The notes: generated by a model not told the origin, from the letters alone. A stretch of 59,059 nt of DNA from Clostridiaceae bacterium (GCA_036507955.1 DATCIH010000055.1:1-59059); one strand, 5' to 3'; counted from the first letter of the stretch, positions 9,267 through 20,735 are shown. Numbers and translations: made by a program.

Positions 9267-10517
9267 TTGAAAATATCAATTGAAGAACAGTTAAGAATCA
9301 TACAAATGGGAGAGGCAGAAATAATCGATTTAGAAGGCCTAAGAGATAAACTTCTTTTAGCGCAGAAGGAAGAAAGGAGGTTAATTATAAAGTTCGGATT
9401 AGACCCAACTGCACCGGATATCCATTTAGGACATACGGTTGTGCTACGAAAGGCAAGACAATTTCAAGAACTAGGTCATAAGGTAGTGATAATAATCGGG
9501 GATTTTACAGGAAGGATAGGAGATCCTACTGGAAAATCAAAGACAAGAAAACCGTTAACAATTAAGCAGATAGAAGAAAATGCAGAAACCTATAAAAAAC
9601 AGATTTTTAGGATACTTGATGAAGAAAAGACAGAAGTATGCTTTAACAGCCAGTGGCTATCAAAGCTATCCTTTCAGGAGGTCCTAAACTTAGCATCAAA
9701 ATACACCGTAGCAAGAATGCTGGAGAGGGAGGATTTTAAAAATAGATTTCAAGGACAAAAGCCAATAGGAATTCACGAGTTCTTCTACCCCTTAATGCAG
9801 GCATATGATTCAATTGCTATTAAGGCAGATGTGGAGCTTGGTGGGATGGATCAAAAGTTTAATATATTGATGGGGAGGACGCTTCAAAAAGAGTATGGCC
9901 AGGAAAAGCAAATAGCAATCTTAATGCCTATTTTAGAGGGCATCGATGGAATAGAAAAAATGAGTAAAAGCTTAGGAAACTATGTTGGAGTTGAAGAAGC
10001 TCCAGGGGATATGTTCATTAAGCTAATGACTATTCCAGACAGTCTAATAATAAGATACTTTGAACTTGCAACAAATATATTGCCAGAGGGTTTAGATAAA
10101 ATAAAAAAGGAGCTTGCAGAAGGGGCTAACCCTAGAGACATTAAGGAAAGGTTATCCTTTGATATTGTTTCCTTATATCATGGGGTCGATGAAGCTAATA
10201 ATGTTAAGGAGGCTTTCACAATGGAATTCAGGGAGGGTGGTATTCCAAAAGATATACTGGAAATCCACCTATGCTTGGAGGAATTAAAGGATTTTGAAAA
10301 TATTATTTCCTCCCAAGCTTTTAGAGAAACCCTTAATTTATCGGGAAGCGAAATAAAGAGGCTATTAAAGCAAGGTGGGATTAAGCTTAACAAAGTTAAG
10401 GTAAGCGCTGTAACAAAATTAAGACTAAAGGATGGGGATATCTTATCCTTTGGCAAAAGACTACATGTAAGGATCAATAACTCAGAGCTTCACTCTTTTC
10501 TCCCACAGAATAAATAA
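9267..10517 (+). CDS. tyrS: Tyrosine--tRNA ligase
   Basis: Class-I HIGH motif (DIHLGHTV), KMSKS motif (KMSKSLGN) and a C-terminal S4-like domain. 416 aa. Confidence 0.9.
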   Translation: MKISIEEQLRIIQMGEAEIIDLEGLRDKLLLAQKEERRLIIKFGLDPTAPDIHLGHTVVLRKARQFQELGHKVVIIIGDFTGRIGDPTGKSKTRKPLTIKQIEENAETYKKQIFRILDEEKTEVCFNSQWLSKLSFQEVLNLASKYTVARMLEREDFKNRFQGQKPIGIHEFFYPLMQAYDSIAIKADVELGGMDQKFNILMGRTLQKEYGQEKQIAILMPILEGIDGIEKMSKSLGNYVGVEEAPGDMFIKLMTIPDSLIIRYFELATNILPEGLDKIKKELAEGANPRDIKERLSFDIVSLYHGVDEANNVKEAFTMEFREGGIPKDILEIHLCLEELKDFENIISSQAFRETLNLSGSEIKRLLKQGGIKLNKVKVSAVTKLRLKDGDILSFGKRLHVRINNSELHSFLPQNK

Positions 10518-12744
10518 TTAATTTATGAAGGGGCCTTGTCATGGAAACATACAAAAGCTTCATGTCTAAGGGCTCCTTTGTAAAATTATTCTTATTGCAA
10601 TTTGCTAAAATAACTACATCAAATTCCAATCCTTTTGCAAGGTAGGCAGGCAATAGGACAAGACCTCCCGTATATTCTAAATCCTTTTCTGTAAGTAGCT
10701 TTATATCATGTCCAAGACTTTTTAAAAGAGCTCTTAAACTTTTACATTCCTCTATAGTTTTGCAGATTATAGCAGCAGATTTAAAGCTATCCTTTTTAAT
10801 ATTAGCTAAATCTATATTAATATTTATGGCTACTTCTTTCAAATCTTTCAGTTCATTAATTGCAATTTTATCTCCATGTCGAATTACAGGAATAGCAGGG
10901 GGAAGATTTGGATCCTCCAGTTTTTTAATTACTGAATTTGCTAAATCCATTATTTCTACGGTAGTTCTGTAGCTTTGCTCTAAGGTCATAAAGTTGTAAT
11001 TATCCTTTCCAAATATTTCATCGCTAAAGGAATGCCAATTTTCTACTCCTCTATAGGAATATATTCCTTGGCATAGATCACCTAGTATTGTAAAGGTGCC
11101 CCCTATGACTTTTTTGATAATATATAGCTGAAAGCTACTAAAATCTTGAGCTTCATCAATAATCACATGACGAATATCAGATTTCTCTTCAGGCTCAAAT
11201 ATAGAGTGTTGTAAGTACATAAGTGGTGCTAAATCCTCCACCTCCAGATATCCTTCCTTTATATTTTTTAAAGTATCCTGTAGAAGGACTGTGGATATTT
11301 CTTCGGAAATATATTTGCCAGATAATTTTAAAAATAAGACTTTATTTGATAAGAGATCTTTATAATAATCTAGGGAGCTTTTCATCTTAAGCTTTGATAT
11401 ATAACTTTTAACTAGAGTTTTGGATAACCTTTTTACTTTTTCCATTGAGGAGTCTCTCTCATCTATAAGGTTTATTATTATATCGCGCCTTTCCTGGGAG
11501 TCCGGCATTGCCTCCTTTATATCCCATAGTTTTTGGTCATAGCTTGTTTCTATTTCTTCAAGGATTGGTACCTTCCTTTGCTTTAAAGTGTTTACTAAAG
11601 TCTTTTTAATTTCTGAAATTCTTCTTTCAAAGGAAAAGTCTTTGTAATCCTCTATAAATAGGTTGTTTATTGTTTCATATTTTACTAATATAAAATCAAT
11701 GATTTTGAAATCCTCCTTTGGAATAAAATCATATTCCAAATTCTTTAAATATTCCTTTATTACATTTTTATATTCTAGAGAGGATTTAAAGGAAGATATC
11801 CACTTAATTCTTTCCTTTAAACCGGTAGGGGTTACGCTTGTTAGGTAAGATAGCTTTTCCCAAGGACTTCTAATTTCCAATTTGCAACCTATAAAGTTTA
11901 AAGAAAGCTCTTGGAAAGTTGTTTGAATTACATCTTCAACTCCTAGGTCGGGTAATACCTCTGATATATAACTTAGGAAAAATTTATTAGGTGCTATAAT
12001 CATAAAGTTTTTTGAGGATAAAGTTTTTTCCTGATTATATAAAAGATAAGCGATTCGATGAAGAGCTATAGTTGTTTTTCCGCCTCCAGCGGAGCCTTGC
12101 ACAACTAAAGACTTCCACATATCGCTCCGAATAACTTTGTTTTGCTCCGCTTGAATGGTAGTAACAATATCTTTAAGTCTTTTATCCTTGTTGGAGCCTA
12201 AAGCAGCTTGAAGGAATTCATCATTTGTTGTTATATCTATATCGAAGATATCCTGAAGGCACCCTTTTTCTATGCTGTATTGTCTTTTTAGTTTTATTTC
12301 ACCCTCGATTATTCCCTCTGGGCAATTAAAGGAGGCACTACCAAGTCTTCCTTCATAATACAAGGTAGCAATCGGGGCTCTCCAGTCTATAATAATAAGC
12401 TCTTGATCCTTATCTCTCATCAAGGAGATTTTTCCTATGTATAATTTTTTAAAAGATGTTTCCCCGTTTTCTATAAAGTCTACTCTAGCAAAGTAAGGTT
12501 TATCTATACTTTTGAGAAGATTCTTTAATCTTCCTTCTAGAGAATACTGAAGGTTGGTATTTATTAGAAGTTCATTAAACTGCTCTGCATTATCTGAATT
12601 AAAATGACTTACACTGTAATCAACAGCTCTATCTATATTGTATTTTTCATCTATAACCTTCTGGTTATAAACCTTAAGATAATCTGTTGTATTTGCTAAC
12701 TTGATAGCTTCCTCTTTATAGGCAGGATGTTTTATGGCAGGCAT
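10474..12744 (-). CDS. helD: DNA helicase IV / RNA-polymerase-associated helicase HelD
   Basis: 756 aa. There is a long alignable block with B. subtilis HelD ([59 protein letters not shown]). Walker A and UvrD-like 1A/2A domains are present. Confidence 0.85.
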   Translation of the reverse strand: MPAIKHPAYKEEAIKLANTTDYLKVYNQKVIDEKYNIDRAVDYSVSHFNSDNAEQFNELLINTNLQYSLEGRLKNLLKSIDKPYFARVDFIENGETSFKKLYIGKISLMRDKDQELIIIDWRAPIATLYYEGRLGSASFNCPEGIIEGEIKLKRQYSIEKGCLQDIFDIDITTNDEFLQAALGSNKDKRLKDIVTTIQAEQNKVIRSDMWKSLVVQGSAGGGKTTIALHRIAYLLYNQEKTLSSKNFMIIAPNKFFLSYISEVLPDLGVEDVIQTTFQELSLNFIGCKLEIRSPWEKLSYLTSVTPTGLKERIKWISSFKSSLEYKNVIKEYLKNLEYDFIPKEDFKIIDFILVKYETINNLFIEDYKDFSFERRISEIKKTLVNTLKQRKVPILEEIETSYDQKLWDIKEAMPDSQERRDIIINLIDERDSSMEKVKRLSKTLVKSYISKLKMKSSLDYYKDLLSNKVLFLKLSGKYISEEISTVLLQDTLKNIKEGYLEVEDLAPLMYLQHSIFEPEEKSDIRHVIIDEAQDFSSFQLYIIKKVIGGTFTILGDLCQGIYSYRGVENWHSFSDEIFGKDNYNFMTLEQSYRTTVEIMDLANSVIKKLEDPNLPPAIPVIRHGDKIAINELKDLKEVAININIDLANIKKDSFKSAAIICKTIEECKSLRALLKSLGHDIKLLTEKDLEYTGGLVLLPAYLAKGLEFDVVILANCNKNNFTKEPLDMKLLYVSMTRPLHKLIIYSVGEKSEALSY

Positions 12745-12916
12745 TAAATCACCTATCCTTTACAAAAATATTTTGCTTATAGATATATTTTATATAAATA
12801 AGAAGTAAAAGGAAAATCCCATTAGTTGTTTAATCTAGTGGACTAAAACTAAGCTAAGGTAAAATAATAATAAAATCTCGAGAATCCATTTATTTACTAG
12901 CTTTTTCTTGACAACT

Positions 12917-12950
12917 CGTAGCTTTTGTAATATGCTAGATATATAAATTG
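12917..12950 (+). promoter_or_regulatory. Sigma-A-like promoter (TTGACA – 17 bp – TATGCT with an upstream TG)
   Basis: cttgacaactcgtagcttttgtaatatgct. It sits about 170 bp upstream of the GNAT gene. Confidence 0.35.
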
Positions 12951-13111
12951 TCATAAATTAATATCGAGTGTGTATTTTGTCAAGAAGTGCTAATTATAGT
13001 GTTTCTGGCTTTTTTTATTTGTAAAACTAAAAACATTTAATGTTTTTGGTTTTATTTTTTTTGTAATAAAATATAATTATATATACAGAGGGTATATAAA
13101 GGAAGGATAAG

Positions 13112-13555
13112 ATGATAAGAGAAATAAATGAGGCGGACTTAGTCCCTTGCTGTAAGTTGCTTATAGATGCTTATAACTGCTCACCTTGGGATAATCATTG
13201 GGATATTAGTACATCCCTTAGGTATCTTAAGGAATACTTTGAAGCAGATAGATTTGTAGGATTCTTAGCGCAGGATCAGACAGAGGTGGTAGCTGCAATT
13301 TTTGCACATGAAAAAACCTGGTGGACAAAGGATGAGCTTTATATTGATGAACTATATGTGGCAAACAAAATGCAAGGGAAAGGCTTTGGAGGTCAATTAC
13401 TTGAAAAAGTAGAGGTATATTCTAAAGATAATAATTTGGGTGGCATTACTCTTCTTACTGACAAGTGCATGCCTTCAGCTAAATTTTATCATAGAAAAGG
13501 CTTTGCTAAAGCAAAGCATGTATTATTTATGTACAAGACGATGAAAATAAAATAA
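13112..13555 (+). CDS. GNAT-family N-acetyltransferase
   Basis: 147 aa. GNAT motif A (QGKGFGGQLL). Good RBS (aaaggaagg). Confidence 0.75.
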   Translation: MIREINEADLVPCCKLLIDAYNCSPWDNHWDISTSLRYLKEYFEADRFVGFLAQDQTEVVAAIFAHEKTWWTKDELYIDELYVANKMQGKGFGGQLLEKVEVYSKDNNLGGITLLTDKCMPSAKFYHRKGFAKAKHVLFMYKTMKIK

Positions 13556-13648
13556 TAAGAAAAAAGTAGTTTTAAAAAATTCAAACTGTTTCGGTTTTGT
13601 GGTGCAAAACATTAGAATAGCACATCAAAAAGCATGAATTTTAACAAG

Positions 13649-13685
13649 AAACAAGCATACGATTTTGTATGCTTGTTTTGCATAT
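13649..13685 (+). terminator. Intrinsic terminator
   Basis: acaagcatac-gatttt-gtatgcttgt followed by tttg/ttt. Confidence 0.55.
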
Positions 13686-13828
13686 TTGTGGCCATTTGTA
13701 GTAAGGATAGTGAACAAATTGCATCTTACCTACTTTTTTTTACCTCTTACCGGTATTAAGTTACCTGTCGATGATCAAACCTTTTAAAGTATATTGAAAT
13801 TGTATATAATCTTAGTGAGGCAGGTGAT

Positions 13829-14296
13829 ATGTTGAAAATACGAATTGAGATAATCAACGATTTAGCGGAGGATGAGGTGATAATATGTTGTTCCCGAGTA
13901 GATGAAACAATACAAAAAATACACCATTATGTTTTAGAACAGTCCTTATCCAAAGCTAAAATTATCTTCTATAAAAAAAATCATGAATTCTATTTTCCAT
14001 TTGAAGATGTTTTATTTTTTGAAACTGAAGATGAGCATATTTATGCTCATACTGCAAATGACGCCTATAGAGTTAAGTACCGTTTATATGAGCTTGAAAA
14101 TATTCTACCACGATACTTTGTGAGAGTAGCTAAGTCAGCAATAGTAAATATTATGCAGATATATTCAGTTACTCGTAACCTTACCGCTTCTAGCCGTATA
14201 AGCTTTATTGACAGTCATAAACATGTATATGTATCGCGTTCTTATTATAGGGAATTGCAGCAGCGTTTAGATGAAAGGAGTAATTATGATAGATAA
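13829..14296 (+). CDS. Stand-alone LytTR-domain DNA-binding protein
   Basis: LytTR signature FVRVAKSAIVN. There is no receiver domain. 155 aa. Confidence 0.75.
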   Translation: MLKIRIEIINDLAEDEVIICCSRVDETIQKIHHYVLEQSLSKAKIIFYKKNHEFYFPFEDVLFFETEDEHIYAHTANDAYRVKYRLYELENILPRYFVRVAKSAIVNIMQIYSVTRNLTASSRISFIDSHKHVYVSRSYYRELQQRLDERSNYDR

Positions 14297-14648
14297 AAAT
14301 AATATTGATGATGACAATCTTTATGCTAAGGTAATATTAAGTTCGACTAGTAAGTATCTTCATTTAGAAGCTTTAAAAGGTGGTCAAATTATTTCATACC
14401 TTGGAGTAGTGGATGTGTATTTTGACCAAGTACAACTTTGGCTTGATAGAACAGAAGTATTTATTGACTGTATTTTAGGCACAATAAATTTATATATTCC
14501 AATGCACTGGAATGTGGTTAATAATATTGATTTATATTGTAGCAATGTAAGTAACGATACCACCCGTACTAAACCTTCAGAAAATGCACCACAGCTTACT
14601 CTTACTGGAAAAGTCATTCTGGGAACTGTGAGCATACTGTATATTTAA
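14286..14648 (+). CDS. Hypothetical protein co-transcribed with the LytTR gene
   Basis: Its start overlaps the LytTR gene by 11 nt. There is an RBS (aggag, 5 nt, ATG). I recognised no family. Confidence 0.4.
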   Translation: MIDKNNIDDDNLYAKVILSSTSKYLHLEALKGGQIISYLGVVDVYFDQVQLWLDRTEVFIDCILGTINLYIPMHWNVVNNIDLYCSNVSNDTTRTKPSENAPQLTLTGKVILGTVSILYI

Positions 14649-14661
14649 GTAGGATGAAGAT

Positions 14662-14757
14662 ATGATACAAACTGATACAGCCATTTCTGTCAGTAACATT
14701 GAAAAGTCATATAAGATCTGTAACAGATATTTTTTTGAAAGGAAGAAATCGAAATGA
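14662..14757 (+). pseudogene. Severed N-terminus (31 aa) of an ABC-transporter ATP-binding protein
   Basis: MIQTDTAISVSNIEKSYKI... resembles the typical start of an ABC ATPase. It stops exactly where the high-GC insert begins. Confidence 0.35.
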
Positions 14758-15446
14758 AAGCAAAAGTGTAGAACGGTAACATAACAATTCCTATCACCCG
14801 AGCTGGTGAGGGTCAGCCAATTATATTTTTCAATGGGATTGGGTCTACGCAAGCAACCTGGAAAAAGGTCATTAGTGTACTGAAAGGTGAGTACGAAATT
14901 ATTACCTTTGACTTTCGTGGGCACGGGAAGGCTTCTACTGCTCAGGATTATTCTTTTGACGCTTTCGTTAGTGATGCTGACACTGTCCTGAAATCGGTAG
15001 ACGTAGACAGGCCGATTATCGTTGCCTGGTCAATGGGTGCCGATATTGCAGTATCCTATACGGCAATGCATCCTGGAAAAATCGGAGGAATTGTGATCGT
15101 GGACGGAGCAGGTCCTGTACAAAAGCCGCTGATTGAAAATGTGGCTGATATCTGCGTAGAAGTCGACGCTCACCGGAGTAAGCTAATGGATCTATACCGA
15201 AAAGTTGACTGTCCGATCACGATGCTCACGGCTTCCAAGCCCCAGGGCGAAAAAGATCCTTATAATAGACGGTCGAACCGCCTCTGGCAAGATGGCGTTG
15301 ACCAGTTGACCAAAGCTATCCCTTCAATTTCTGTGCAGTGGATTAACGACTCTCATCAGCTGCCCTTCAAACATCCAGTTGACATAGCACGGAGGATAGA
15401 CGAGTTTGATAATCGGCAAGCTAGTTCGGATTCTTCTTTTAATTGA
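14754..15446 (+). pseudogene. Alpha/beta-hydrolase gene in a high-GC insert, interrupted by an in-frame TAG at codon 6
   Basis: Reading through the TAG gives MKAKV*NGNITIPITRAGEGQPIIFFNGIGSTQATWKK...HGKA...AWSMGADIA..., a complete alpha/beta-hydrolase fold with the nucleophile elbow SMG. The ORF track only finds the C-terminal 137 aa (15033..15446). Confidence 0.6.
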
Positions 15447-15461
15447 ATTAAATAAAAAATA

Positions 15462-15500
15462 GATAGCACAAGTTTTTAAAGCTTGTGCTATCTTGTATTT
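15462..15500. terminator. Bidirectional intrinsic terminator
   Basis: atagcacaagc-tttttaaa-gcttgtgctat, flanked by A- and T-runs. Confidence 0.6.
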
Positions 15501-15516
15501 ATGCTCATTTTATTTA

Positions 15517-16275
15517 TTAAAATTCCTTATACAACCAAGTATAACTGTTATATTTTTTAAAACCTAAATGGTAATAAAAATCTTCTGAGCCACCTGTGCA
15601 ATACCATAATCCACCATAGGCTGCATAATCTCCATTTGGTGCAACTATTACATAATTTATTTTAGCATTAAAATGAGGTCCTGTTGCACAAATAAGACTA
15701 TTGGCAAGATGGTCGCCCATTATATCTTCCATCTTATGATTAAATCCAAGCTGTATTGCTATTTGAAGTTTTGCATGGTCTACACCGTCGAACACACTAA
15801 TTATTTTAAAGCCTTCAGGCAATGTAACTTCAAACTCTTTGTTAAGTGGTAAGCAATAACGTTCACATTCCCAAACAAATTTATAATTTCTATTTTCAAG
15901 AAACTCTTTAAATTTAGGCTGAGACTGTGGAACCCTTACAGATAAGAATCTTGTTCCATTTTCTTTTGTTCCATATAAATACTTTTCACTGAAATCAAGC
16001 ATCTCCTCACGCAGATAATTGTAACCATCGGCAACTTCAAAATAAGTCGCGCCAAGTTTAAATTCAATGTGTGCACAAGCAACAATTTTATCATCATATT
16101 CCCAAATACCACTTCTACTCATTGACTTTAAATCAAGGTAAGGATGACAAAAACAGTATTCAAATTCAGCAGGCAGCATATTTCCACTAGCATTATTAGG
16201 TTCATAGTTTTTTATCAACATTTCATAAACATTGTTGTAATCTGTCAGATATTTAAAATGTCTTTGCTTTAACAT
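15517..16275 (-). CDS. Hypothetical protein (possible GNAT-like fold)
   Basis: 252-aa ORF with a reasonable RBS. No confident family assignment. Confidence 0.4.
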   Translation of the reverse strand: MLKQRHFKYLTDYNNVYEMLIKNYEPNNASGNMLPAEFEYCFCHPYLDLKSMSRSGIWEYDDKIVACAHIEFKLGATYFEVADGYNYLREEMLDFSEKYLYGTKENGTRFLSVRVPQSQPKFKEFLENRNYKFVWECERYCLPLNKEFEVTLPEGFKIISVFDGVDHAKLQIAIQLGFNHKMEDIMGDHLANSLICATGPHFNAKINYVIVAPNGDYAAYGGLWYCTGGSEDFYYHLGFKKYNSYTWLYKEF

Positions 16276-16365
16276 ACTCTTCCCCCAAAAATAAACTTTG
16301 CTTAGACATAACTAAGTACACATATATTGACATTTCTATATTGTTCTATACGCAAAAGCTTATAC

Positions 16366-17289
16366 TCACATCAAATATCCACATTGATTAGCCCATTTTA
16401 TCAGCCAATTATATTGATTATCCAAGAATTCTTTGTCAACGCAATCTAACCCATAAATTTCAATAATAGTAGCTTGCAATTGATAATGATATACTGCGAG
16501 GAAATAAAAAACAGATTCACGTTCTATTTCTCTCAAAGGACAAAATTGTTCATAACCTTTTAAGAAACGGTCAAGAACTTTTTTTGTTTTCTCATATCCG
16601 CTTTCATCCAAATCAAAGTAATCAGCTGAATTACACACTAATGCTATATCAAATACAGGGAATGCATAACAAGAGGTATCAAAATCCAATATATAAAGTT
16701 CACCCGTCAATGATTGATGAATATTACCAATATATAAGTCTCCATGACAGTACCCCTGTGGCAAATCTTTAACTCTTTCCCACAATGCATCACCATGTTT
16801 TTTGAATGCAGTTACTTTGGGCTCAGGATAATTCATTTTCATTAATATCTCTATGTATCTGTCAATGAAATAATATTTATCTCTTTTCAAAAGATTACCG
16901 TTATAGCTTTGCATTGCTTTATGATATTTACCTATTAAACGACCTATATTTTCTGCTTCTTCGTTTATATCAGGCTGCTTTCCTTCAATAAACTCATATA
17001 GAATATATAAATGCTTTCCATCGGATTCATCAGAGTCAAAATAAGACTTATACCGATTTGTAAAGATTATCTGGGGTACAGGAATATTGTTTTTTATCAG
17101 GTAAAGGTGGATATCGACCGATTGAATGGCTGTATCCATAAGCACTGAACGGATAACTCTTAAAAAATACTTTCGGTCATTTCCAAAAACGATATATGAA
17201 AGGCTACCTGCATCTCGGAAAAATTCAATTTTATCAAACTCTATTTTATAATTCTCTTTCAGCAATGATAGTATAGATGATGTCTCCAT
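16366..17289 (-). CDS. Phosphotransferase-family protein (aminoglycoside/choline-kinase APH fold)
   Basis: Brenner motif HGDLYIGNI and DFD motif (ILDFDTSCY). 307 aa. Strong RBS (aggtggggg). Confidence 0.7.
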   Translation of the reverse strand: METSSILSLLKENYKIEFDKIEFFRDAGSLSYIVFGNDRKYFLRVIRSVLMDTAIQSVDIHLYLIKNNIPVPQIIFTNRYKSYFDSDESDGKHLYILYEFIEGKQPDINEEAENIGRLIGKYHKAMQSYNGNLLKRDKYYFIDRYIEILMKMNYPEPKVTAFKKHGDALWERVKDLPQGYCHGDLYIGNIHQSLTGELYILDFDTSCYAFPVFDIALVCNSADYFDLDESGYEKTKKVLDRFLKGYEQFCPLREIERESVFYFLAVYHYQLQATIIEIYGLDCVDKEFLDNQYNWLIKWANQCGYLM

Positions 17290-17468
17290 TATTCAATTCC
17301 CCCACCTAATATAAATAATCTTTTAGTAGGTATTTTTATACAAAGCTTTTATACTTTAAATTATTTTGATGAACCATTTAGGAATATAGTACAATTGTGG
17401 TTTTCCAAAATCCCTGTACCTTTGATATTTATAATACACCATTTATTGTAAGATTACCCCATATAATC

Positions 17469-17508
17469 AACAAAAAAATACCATACCAATTATATTGCAA
17501 ATTGGTAT
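17469..17508 (-). terminator. Intrinsic terminator for the glycoside-hydrolase gene
   Basis: ccataccaatt-tgcaatat-aattggtatgg followed by ttttttt on the minus strand. Confidence 0.6.
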
Positions 17509-17529
17509 GGAAAAGGTACTTTTATATAT

Positions 17530-20500
17530 TTATTTTACTTTTATCTTTGGCTTAACTAATATACCTGTAGGCTTTAACTGATATTCATAAGACCAGCTAT
17601 TTCCAGTAGTCCTCCAGGCATTTGGCCCATACCAAGAGGTGGTATAGTCACAGTTGTGAACTGTGCCAAAGGCGTTTATCCTATTTCCAAAGGCGGTTAT
17701 GTCAATTAAGTGCTTTCCTTTGGTAACATCAAAGCTTAGTTTATATGGAGCAAGAGCTATGTTTCCTACTTTAATAGCATCAAGAGAAACAGATAATACT
17801 GGATTCCTATAATGAGGGATTTCTATTTCAAGCTGGCCTTTCTCTACAGTAGTATCCAGATGGTAGGTTACATTCCCAGCATAAAACGGTAGTCCTTGAT
17901 TAACCCAATCGCCAAAGTCTAATGTCTTTACCTCTTGAATTATCTTTTTAGTTTCCCCTGAAACCTTAACTCCAAAAGCTCCTAGTAAGTAGCACCATTC
18001 CACATCTGTCTTAGAGTTATAAGGTATTTTTAAAATTATTTCTGTTCTCCCTGTTGCTAAAGGAGGAAGCAAGATCTTCTTAATACAGGTATCAACAAAA
18101 TATCCTTCATAAACTTTACTGATTTCTTTACCATTAAAGATTATTTTAGTGTTGTCATAATTTTCTAAGGCTAGATACGGTTTTTCCACTTCTATTTCTG
18201 AGTCTATTTCAAAAAGCAGGCTTAATTCATGCTCATAACTTTCTGAGCTTTTATCTACCCAGGGCTGAGCTAAGGCATCCATTCTTAAAGGGTAGGCAAA
18301 GATTTTCCTATATATATTATCTATTCTTAAGATTTCTTCTACTTCATGGAAGATCTCACCATCCATTGAGTATTTTGCCATATCTAATAGAAGCACATTT
18401 GGTTCAGATAAGGTTATAGGTACCCTAGATTTAAACACTACCTCCTGATGCCTTAATACTGAAGGTGTAATAATCAAATTTTCCTTAGGAATGTTTTTAA
18501 CATTTGGCTCTAAGGATAGTAAAAGGCTATCATGCTGGTAAAATTCATAATTTATTATGGTATTGCCTTCTTCAAGGAAACTAAGGCATTGCTTTATGTC
18601 CCCGGTTATAGAATCATAAATAGTTGGTTCCCAATTACCCTTCAGGCTTATTTTAATATCCTCTTTCTCTGATATATCAGGATTAGCTGCTTTATTTACA
18701 TGACATATAAAGAGCCATCTATTTTCATTATCTGACCTAAGCTGGTAAAAGATATTGTCAACTCTTGAACCATCAACTTTTCTAATATCAACTAATCTAT
18801 AAGGCTCTAGTCCTTCTAAAAGTTTACTTTTTGAAAATGCTATGTTTGTGCAGCTTGAGCTTAGCTTTTTTATTCTATCAGAAGGCATAGCATCAACTAA
18901 GCTGCCAGGGGTGCCAAGAAATATTACCTTACCTCCGGATTTCCCAAAGGCTTCAAGTCTATCTAAGGTGCTGGATCTTAAGGTTTCGTTGCCAGGCACC
19001 AGTATAACATCATAATTCATTTCCCCAACTATAAAGGAGGCACTTTCTTCAAGCTGATTTTGAGAAGGAAGTAGAGCTTCTGATATAAAGTGAAAATCTA
19101 ACAATCCATAAAGGAGCCACTGGGTAAGGTCTTGGAAATTAGTCTCTAACTCTTCTCTAATAATACTGGTTTGTTCTAAAGGACCAAAGTGTAGCCAGTA
19201 GGATTCCACAGGATGAATTACTCCTATTTTTACAATGTTTTTACCTCTAGTTAGAGCTGTATTTAAACGGCTGAAATAATTCTCAATAAGAGGATATTCC
19301 CTGTACCAAGGGGACTGGTAGCCTATACAAGCAGGATAATCTCTTTTAGCCTCCCCACCCATAGAAACCCAGGTTAGATGATGAACCCGCAGGGTAACAC
19401 CTAAGGCAGCCTGCCAATCTCCAGCCAGCTTATGACCTCTGAAATCAAAGTCCCAATTGGTAACTCCATATATTTCGCATAAAACACCAGGTCTACCGTA
19501 TTGATTTGAGGCACTCTGTGCTTGCTTTAAAGTAGTGAACTCTCTTTTGTCGCAAAGCATATCGATGCCAGGTAACTGAAAGGATCTATAAGCACGCATA
19601 GCTTCTCCTAAAGCACCAGTTTGAGAAGCTAAGGATTCCTCAGACATCATATGTCCAGTTAGCATTATGCCATGCTCCATGCACCAGTTGCCAATATTAT
19701 CAGAAAAAGCAGTGGTGAACCTTTCACAAAGATGATCGTGATATCTATATCTATTTAAGGGCGCACTACCTTTGGGAAGCTCCCAAAATAACTCTGGAAG
19801 ACTATCTAGAAAGCTACTTCCATAAGCCAATTTATAGGATTCCTCAAAATCGTCAGTATAGGGGATTGCAATATCCTTTTCCTCAGTGGCATAGCCTAAA
19901 AATTCCTTGTGGGTGAATTGAGGCTCATCCGTGAATATTGAAGGTATTGTGAAACCAAAATCATCCTTTAACTCACTATAATATTTTTCATGGGTAACTT
20001 GAATAAACCTATCAATGGCTTTTTTATCTAAGGTATTTACATAAGATTGATTATTAAACCAGGGGCTATTTCCACTTATTTCAAGATAGGCTCTCCAGAG
20101 CTTACCCTTACCTTTAACTGCTTCACCAGGCATTAATCTTTTATAATAGCTTAAGGTGCCAGCTTCTATTACTACCTGATAGCTTGCGATAAGGCTTCGC
20201 TTATCTCCTCTTTGATATCTTGCGCTAGAGTCGTATTCGAGTGAAGCTTTATTTAAGTCTCCATTATATTCATTAGTCGTAAATAATAGAAAGCGTTGTT
20301 TATACTTATCCTCTTTAGTTACTATTCCACCTGCAAAGCCAGATGGCCAACGGTCCTCATCATAAAGATAGCAAAGCATATCTTCTTTCTTAAATTTGTT
20401 CTTGCAGCTTTTCACCAGTTCCATAAATTCTTTTCCAAGATATTCTGTGGCCATGCCTGTCCTACAGTGTATATGGCCTCCTCCCATTCCCATTAGCTTT

Positions 20501-20640
20501 AAATCATCTATCTGTTTTTCTAGAACTTCCTTTTCTAGCTTACAGTTCCAGGCCCAAAAGGGTGCACCTCTATATTCTGAAGTTGGATTTTTGAAAAGTT
20601 CTATGGAAAGTGACTTTTCTACATTTTTCGGGTATAACAT
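17530..20640 (-). CDS. Large glycoside hydrolase (family not resolved; N-terminal RGAPFWAWN motif)
   Basis: 1036 aa, cytoplasmic (no signal peptide). Acidic catalytic-looking segments are present. It is divergent from an AraC regulator. Confidence 0.55.
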   Translation of the reverse strand: MLYPKNVEKSLSIELFKNPTSEYRGAPFWAWNCKLEKEVLEKQIDDLKLMGMGGGHIHCRTGMATEYLGKEFMELVKSCKNKFKKEDMLCYLYDEDRWPSGFAGGIVTKEDKYKQRFLLFTTNEYNGDLNKASLEYDSSARYQRGDKRSLIASYQVVIEAGTLSYYKRLMPGEAVKGKGKLWRAYLEISGNSPWFNNQSYVNTLDKKAIDRFIQVTHEKYYSELKDDFGFTIPSIFTDEPQFTHKEFLGYATEEKDIAIPYTDDFEESYKLAYGSSFLDSLPELFWELPKGSAPLNRYRYHDHLCERFTTAFSDNIGNWCMEHGIMLTGHMMSEESLASQTGALGEAMRAYRSFQLPGIDMLCDKREFTTLKQAQSASNQYGRPGVLCEIYGVTNWDFDFRGHKLAGDWQAALGVTLRVHHLTWVSMGGEAKRDYPACIGYQSPWYREYPLIENYFSRLNTALTRGKNIVKIGVIHPVESYWLHFGPLEQTSIIREELETNFQDLTQWLLYGLLDFHFISEALLPSQNQLEESASFIVGEMNYDVILVPGNETLRSSTLDRLEAFGKSGGKVIFLGTPGSLVDAMPSDRIKKLSSSCTNIAFSKSKLLEGLEPYRLVDIRKVDGSRVDNIFYQLRSDNENRWLFICHVNKAANPDISEKEDIKISLKGNWEPTIYDSITGDIKQCLSFLEEGNTIINYEFYQHDSLLLSLEPNVKNIPKENLIITPSVLRHQEVVFKSRVPITLSEPNVLLLDMAKYSMDGEIFHEVEEILRIDNIYRKIFAYPLRMDALAQPWVDKSSESYEHELSLLFEIDSEIEVEKPYLALENYDNTKIIFNGKEISKVYEGYFVDTCIKKILLPPLATGRTEIILKIPYNSKTDVEWCYLLGAFGVKVSGETKKIIQEVKTLDFGDWVNQGLPFYAGNVTYHLDTTVEKGQLEIEIPHYRNPVLSVSLDAIKVGNIALAPYKLSFDVTKGKHLIDITAFGNRINAFGTVHNCDYTTSWYGPNAWRTTGNSWSYEYQLKPTGILVKPKIKVK

Positions 20641-20735
20641 AATCTACCTCCAAGATTTAAATTTATATTTATATTTTACCCTAAAGGATTTTATTTTTCA
20701 TGGGAGTATACTATTATTAATAGGGGGGTGTTCTA

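Noticed and set aside
14769-14771. TAG as pyrrolysine, or TGA (36228) as selenocysteine: programmed recoding.
   Set aside because: Two different stop codons are involved, both in ordinary hydrolase and acetyltransferase genes. No Pyl or Sel machinery is visible in the window and there is no SECIS-like hairpin. Nonsense mutations or sequencing errors are far more likely.
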